Source: Lama glama (lineage: Eukaryota). From it: DNA of 64,000 bases. This document shows positions 60,861-64,000 of the stretch, piece by piece. How positions within the stretch are numbered: the stretch's first letter is position 1; each line of letters begins with the position of its first letter. The notes under the pieces were generated by a model that ran no database searches, was not told the origin of the DNA, and worked only from the letters and a program-made list of their open reading frames with translations. The stretch spans positions 28,522,001 to 28,586,000 of the forward strand of contig CM052818.1 of assembly GCA_028534125.1 (NCBI GenBank). The letters run 5' to 3'. Made by a program: the position numbers and the translations under genes.

Positions 60861-62945
60861 ATTCATCATTTTACTTTGATCATCTTTGTATTTTATTTTG
60901 AGGGGTGTCTTACAAGGAGCACACATACCTTTTTTTTTGTTGTTTTTGCTAAATCTAATCATCATTATCATTTTATCATTTAAATAAAGAACTTAGTCCA
61001 TTTATATTTAATGCAATTACCAATATAGCTACATAGATAGATAGACCTTTCATCATATAATTTATCTCCTCTTTGTCTCATGCCTTTTGCTTATTTTTTT
61101 CTATTTATTTTAGCTTCTTCACTTTTAAAAGTAATTTTGTTACATTGTTTTTCCTTCCATTTAGGTCATTTGTTATCATGTCATTTAGTGCTTACCCTAG
61201 AGATTACAACTTGTATTTAGGACAAATTAAGCTCTAATTAAATAGAACAGTTAATACTTCCTTCAGTATTCAGGGATCTTTGACACTAATCATTTTCCTG
61301 AGTTATGTATTCTTAGTGTCATGTAATTTGTGTCTCATATTTTAAATCTCAAAGAATCTATTCTTGTTTTATACAACTAACATTCTTTTAAATTTATTTG
61401 CATTTCAACCATACACCTCGAATTATTTATGTATTTACTATTTCAATTGCTCTCCATTATCTTATAAATATCTAAGCCTCTATTTGAGACTGCATGCATT
61501 CTGTCTGAAGAACACCTTCTCTTTTCTTTATTGTAGGTCTGCCTTTTAAAAAAAAAAACTAAATCTCTATTTTTTTTCAATTTAAAAAGGTCTTTATTCC
61601 AACCAGTAGTTTTGAAAAGATAATTTTTCTTGATACAGAATTTTTTTTGCAGCTATTATTTTGCTAACTTATCAAAATATCATTTTTCCCCTCTGGCTTC
61701 CATTGTTTCTGTTGAAAACTCAGCTGTCAAACTTATTATTGCTCCTTTGAAGATAATGTCTTTTTTTCCTCTGATTGCTTTTGAGATATTCTCTTTTTTT
61801 CCAGCAGTTTTACTATGATTATTTATATCTTGGATTGTTGTTGTTTTACAGTCTTGTTGTTTTGGAATTTGTTGGTAATTGTCTCTTCAGTTTTGCTTCA
61901 GCTCTACTCTCTTTCACCTTTTTTTTCACATCATCATATACTAGATAGTTCCACTATATTCCGAATATTATTTTAAACAATTTTTGTTGCTGTTTATTCT
62001 TTCCTTTCATTTTTTTTCTTGTCATGTTTTTGACATTTATGTTTCTAAGACATCTGGTATGTTAATTACCACTTCAGCCTAATATGATGTTACTCTTATC
62101 CATTAGTTGTTTCTTTTACTTATTGTATTATTCAGTGCTTCATTTTTAATGATTATCCCCAGTTTTATTGAGATATAACTGACATGTAATATAGTGTAAA
62201 TTTAAAGTGTACAATGTAATTATTTGATTTTTTACTAATTTCCAGTTATGTGTTGAAATTCTAATTCTCAACCTTGTTTTTGTAATTACTTGAGTATATC
62301 ATCTTAAAGATGATATAAACAACTTCATTTTCTGGTTTCCTATGAGAAATTTCCTATTCCTAAATTTCCTATTATCTTTAAAATATTTTTCAATTTAGGT
62401 CCAGTCTGGTCTTTAGTTGTATGCCTGATTATTTCTGACTAAGTGTTAACTAAGAATTGTTATAGTGATAAGTTGAAGCGCTCTACAATATTATCTTCTA
62501 TAGGGAGACTTTACTTTTTTGCTCTGATACACAGCTAGACTGGGGGCAATCACCTCAAACAGGGACTAATAAGATTCAAAAGTTAGTTTCAGTCCTTATG
62601 ATGAATGATCTATATCTGGATTACCCTTATCAGTACCCCTCTTCCATGGTCCTGAATTTCAATTTTTATTCTCTTATTTCTGCGAATATAGAAAAAGTTA
62701 TGTTTAGTTCTTCAGATTTAATCATTCATAGTCAGCAAAAGGAAGAGAGTGGTACAAAATACTTGGTTTACTTCTCTGGACATCTATTCTCTTCCAGATA
62801 GTATCCAAACACATTATTGCTATCTTGGTAGCTCTATGATTCTCTCAAACAACTGTTTACATTGAACCCAGTTACTCTAGAAGTTATCAGTGGAAGATGT
62901 GGTCCAAAACCTCCTATTCCACCATTGTCAGAAGTAGAGTTCCCT
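60860..62945 (-). mobile_element. Ancient L1 5' UTR/ORF1 region (L1ME-type)
   Basis: TTAGTCCATTTATATTTAATG; CTCTGGCTTCCATTGTTTCTGTTGAAAACTCAGCTGTC; minus-strand CTACTTCTGACAATGGTGGAATAG near 62940 resembles an old L1 5' end. Confidence 0.6.
62155..62230 (-). mobile_element. Very short L1MA9-like 3' terminal fragment
   Basis: CCCAGTTTTATTGAGATATAACTGACATGTAATATAGTGTAAATTTAAAGTGTACAATGT. Confidence 0.7.
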
Positions 62946-63489
62946 GTTTCCTTTTCTTTTAAATTAATGAGAGGTTTAGGTAAAATCATCTCTTTCACTT
63001 GATTCATTTTGCATATGCAATTCACCTGTGAGTATGGACAAGGTGGACAATTTAAAAAATTTCAGCTCTCAGGTACCAGAGTTGGTACACAACATGCAGC
63101 AAGTAATTGCTATCAGAGATATTTCTAAGTAAGAGTATGCTATTATAAAATATCTTAATAGCACACAGCCCAAAAGTCATTCTTTGTTTCACCTATGCCA
63201 AAATAATTTATTAACTTTCTACAATTGCAAAAGCTGTCTTGGACAATCATAAGAATTTTTCAGCATCAAATACTTTTTAGGTGTTTTCAGAGCATATAGA
63301 CACTGGAGGAAAGCCATGCCTTCAGTATGCTTGTGCATTTGGAAAACAGCAAACAGAAACAGAAAGAGTTAAAGCAAGTAAAGTTAAATGGATTAAATAT
63401 TTCCCAGAAGAACTCATCTTTGAGCAGCTAACAAAGAGAATGACACAGTCTGGCCTACTACAAATAAATAATAGCAACAGCAAACAGTA

Positions 63490-63715
63490 CAATGAAAACA
63501 CACAAATATTGAGTGTTCCCTGCAAGCCAGAAAGTAAACAGCCTGTGAATAATACTTCACTTAATCCTCACAGTAAGTGTAAGACTATGAAACGGCTTTA
63601 TGTTTTCCATATTACAAATAAAGACAATGAAATGAAGTCATTCGCCTAAAGTCATGTAGCTCAAGAACTGCAGGTCCACAGGACCCTGGCGCTATACTGC
63701 TACCTACTATGCCAT
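63490..63715 (-). mobile_element. MIR SINE
   Basis: CTTCACTTAATCCTCACAG..CTATGA..TCCATATTACAAATAAAGAC..GAAGTCATTCGCCTAAAGTCATGTAGCT. Confidence 0.75.
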
Positions 63716-63897
63716 AGAGCCTATTTTAATTAAGCAACTGAGCCACCATGAAATCATGTGGCAAAACATGATGCATTAGAGAACGGACACACAGGGTCAA
63801 AGAATATTTGGATCAAATCCAGAGTCTCACCTTTCTAGTTCCCCCTAGCCAACGGCCAACGGCCTGACTTACCAGTAGATGCCTCTTAGAGTAGTAA

Positions 63898-63923
63898 GTG
63901 TGTGTGTGTGTGTGTGTGTGTGT
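63898..63923. repeat. (GT)13 microsatellite
   Basis: Read directly. Confidence 0.97.
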
Positions 63924-64000
63924 ACACCATTGATCAGATGGTCATAGTCCATTTACTTGTATAAATTCAGTAAATTTTCAGATAATCATCTTGAAGTTAA

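Noticed and set aside
63009..63020. Palindrome TTGCATATGCAA (POU MORE-like)
   Set aside because: An isolated 12-bp AT-rich palindrome is expected by chance in 64 kb
63281..63649. 122-aa ORF
   Set aside because: GTG start, 3' half lies in an antisense MIR, and no domain similarity is recognised

Overview
This is mammalian (eutherian) genomic DNA, not prokaryotic. It is AT-rich and CpG-depleted, with a 500-N scaffold gap at 7503-8002. A large part of the window is decayed interspersed repeats: L1 (MA/MB/MC/MD/ME-type), L2, L3/CR1, MIR, MaLR/ERVL LTRs (MLT1, LTR16, LTR33, MER76-like), ERV1 solo LTRs (MER41-like, MER34-like, artiodactyl-type) and DNA transposons (MER2-family Tigger, MER5, MER20, MER103). 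A cetartiodactyl-type L1 3'UTR and LTRs, with no ruminant, pig or whale SINEs seen, point tentatively to a camelid. I recognise no protein-coding gene, RNA gene or CpG island. The supplied ORFs are best explained as chance, repeat, microsatellite or N-gap artefacts, so the window looks like a large intron or intergenic region. The best leads are a MER41-like solo LTR with an intact STAT1 GAS site, a short L1 insertion with an apparent 3' transduction, two phase-0 candidate exons that join in frame, a candidate 10-nt microexon, a CTCF-like site overlapping a hairpin, and several hairpins in unique DNA. Repeat family names come from remembered consensus similarity, and boundaries are approximate unless a TSD is quoted. 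I found no convincing novel multi-gene system.
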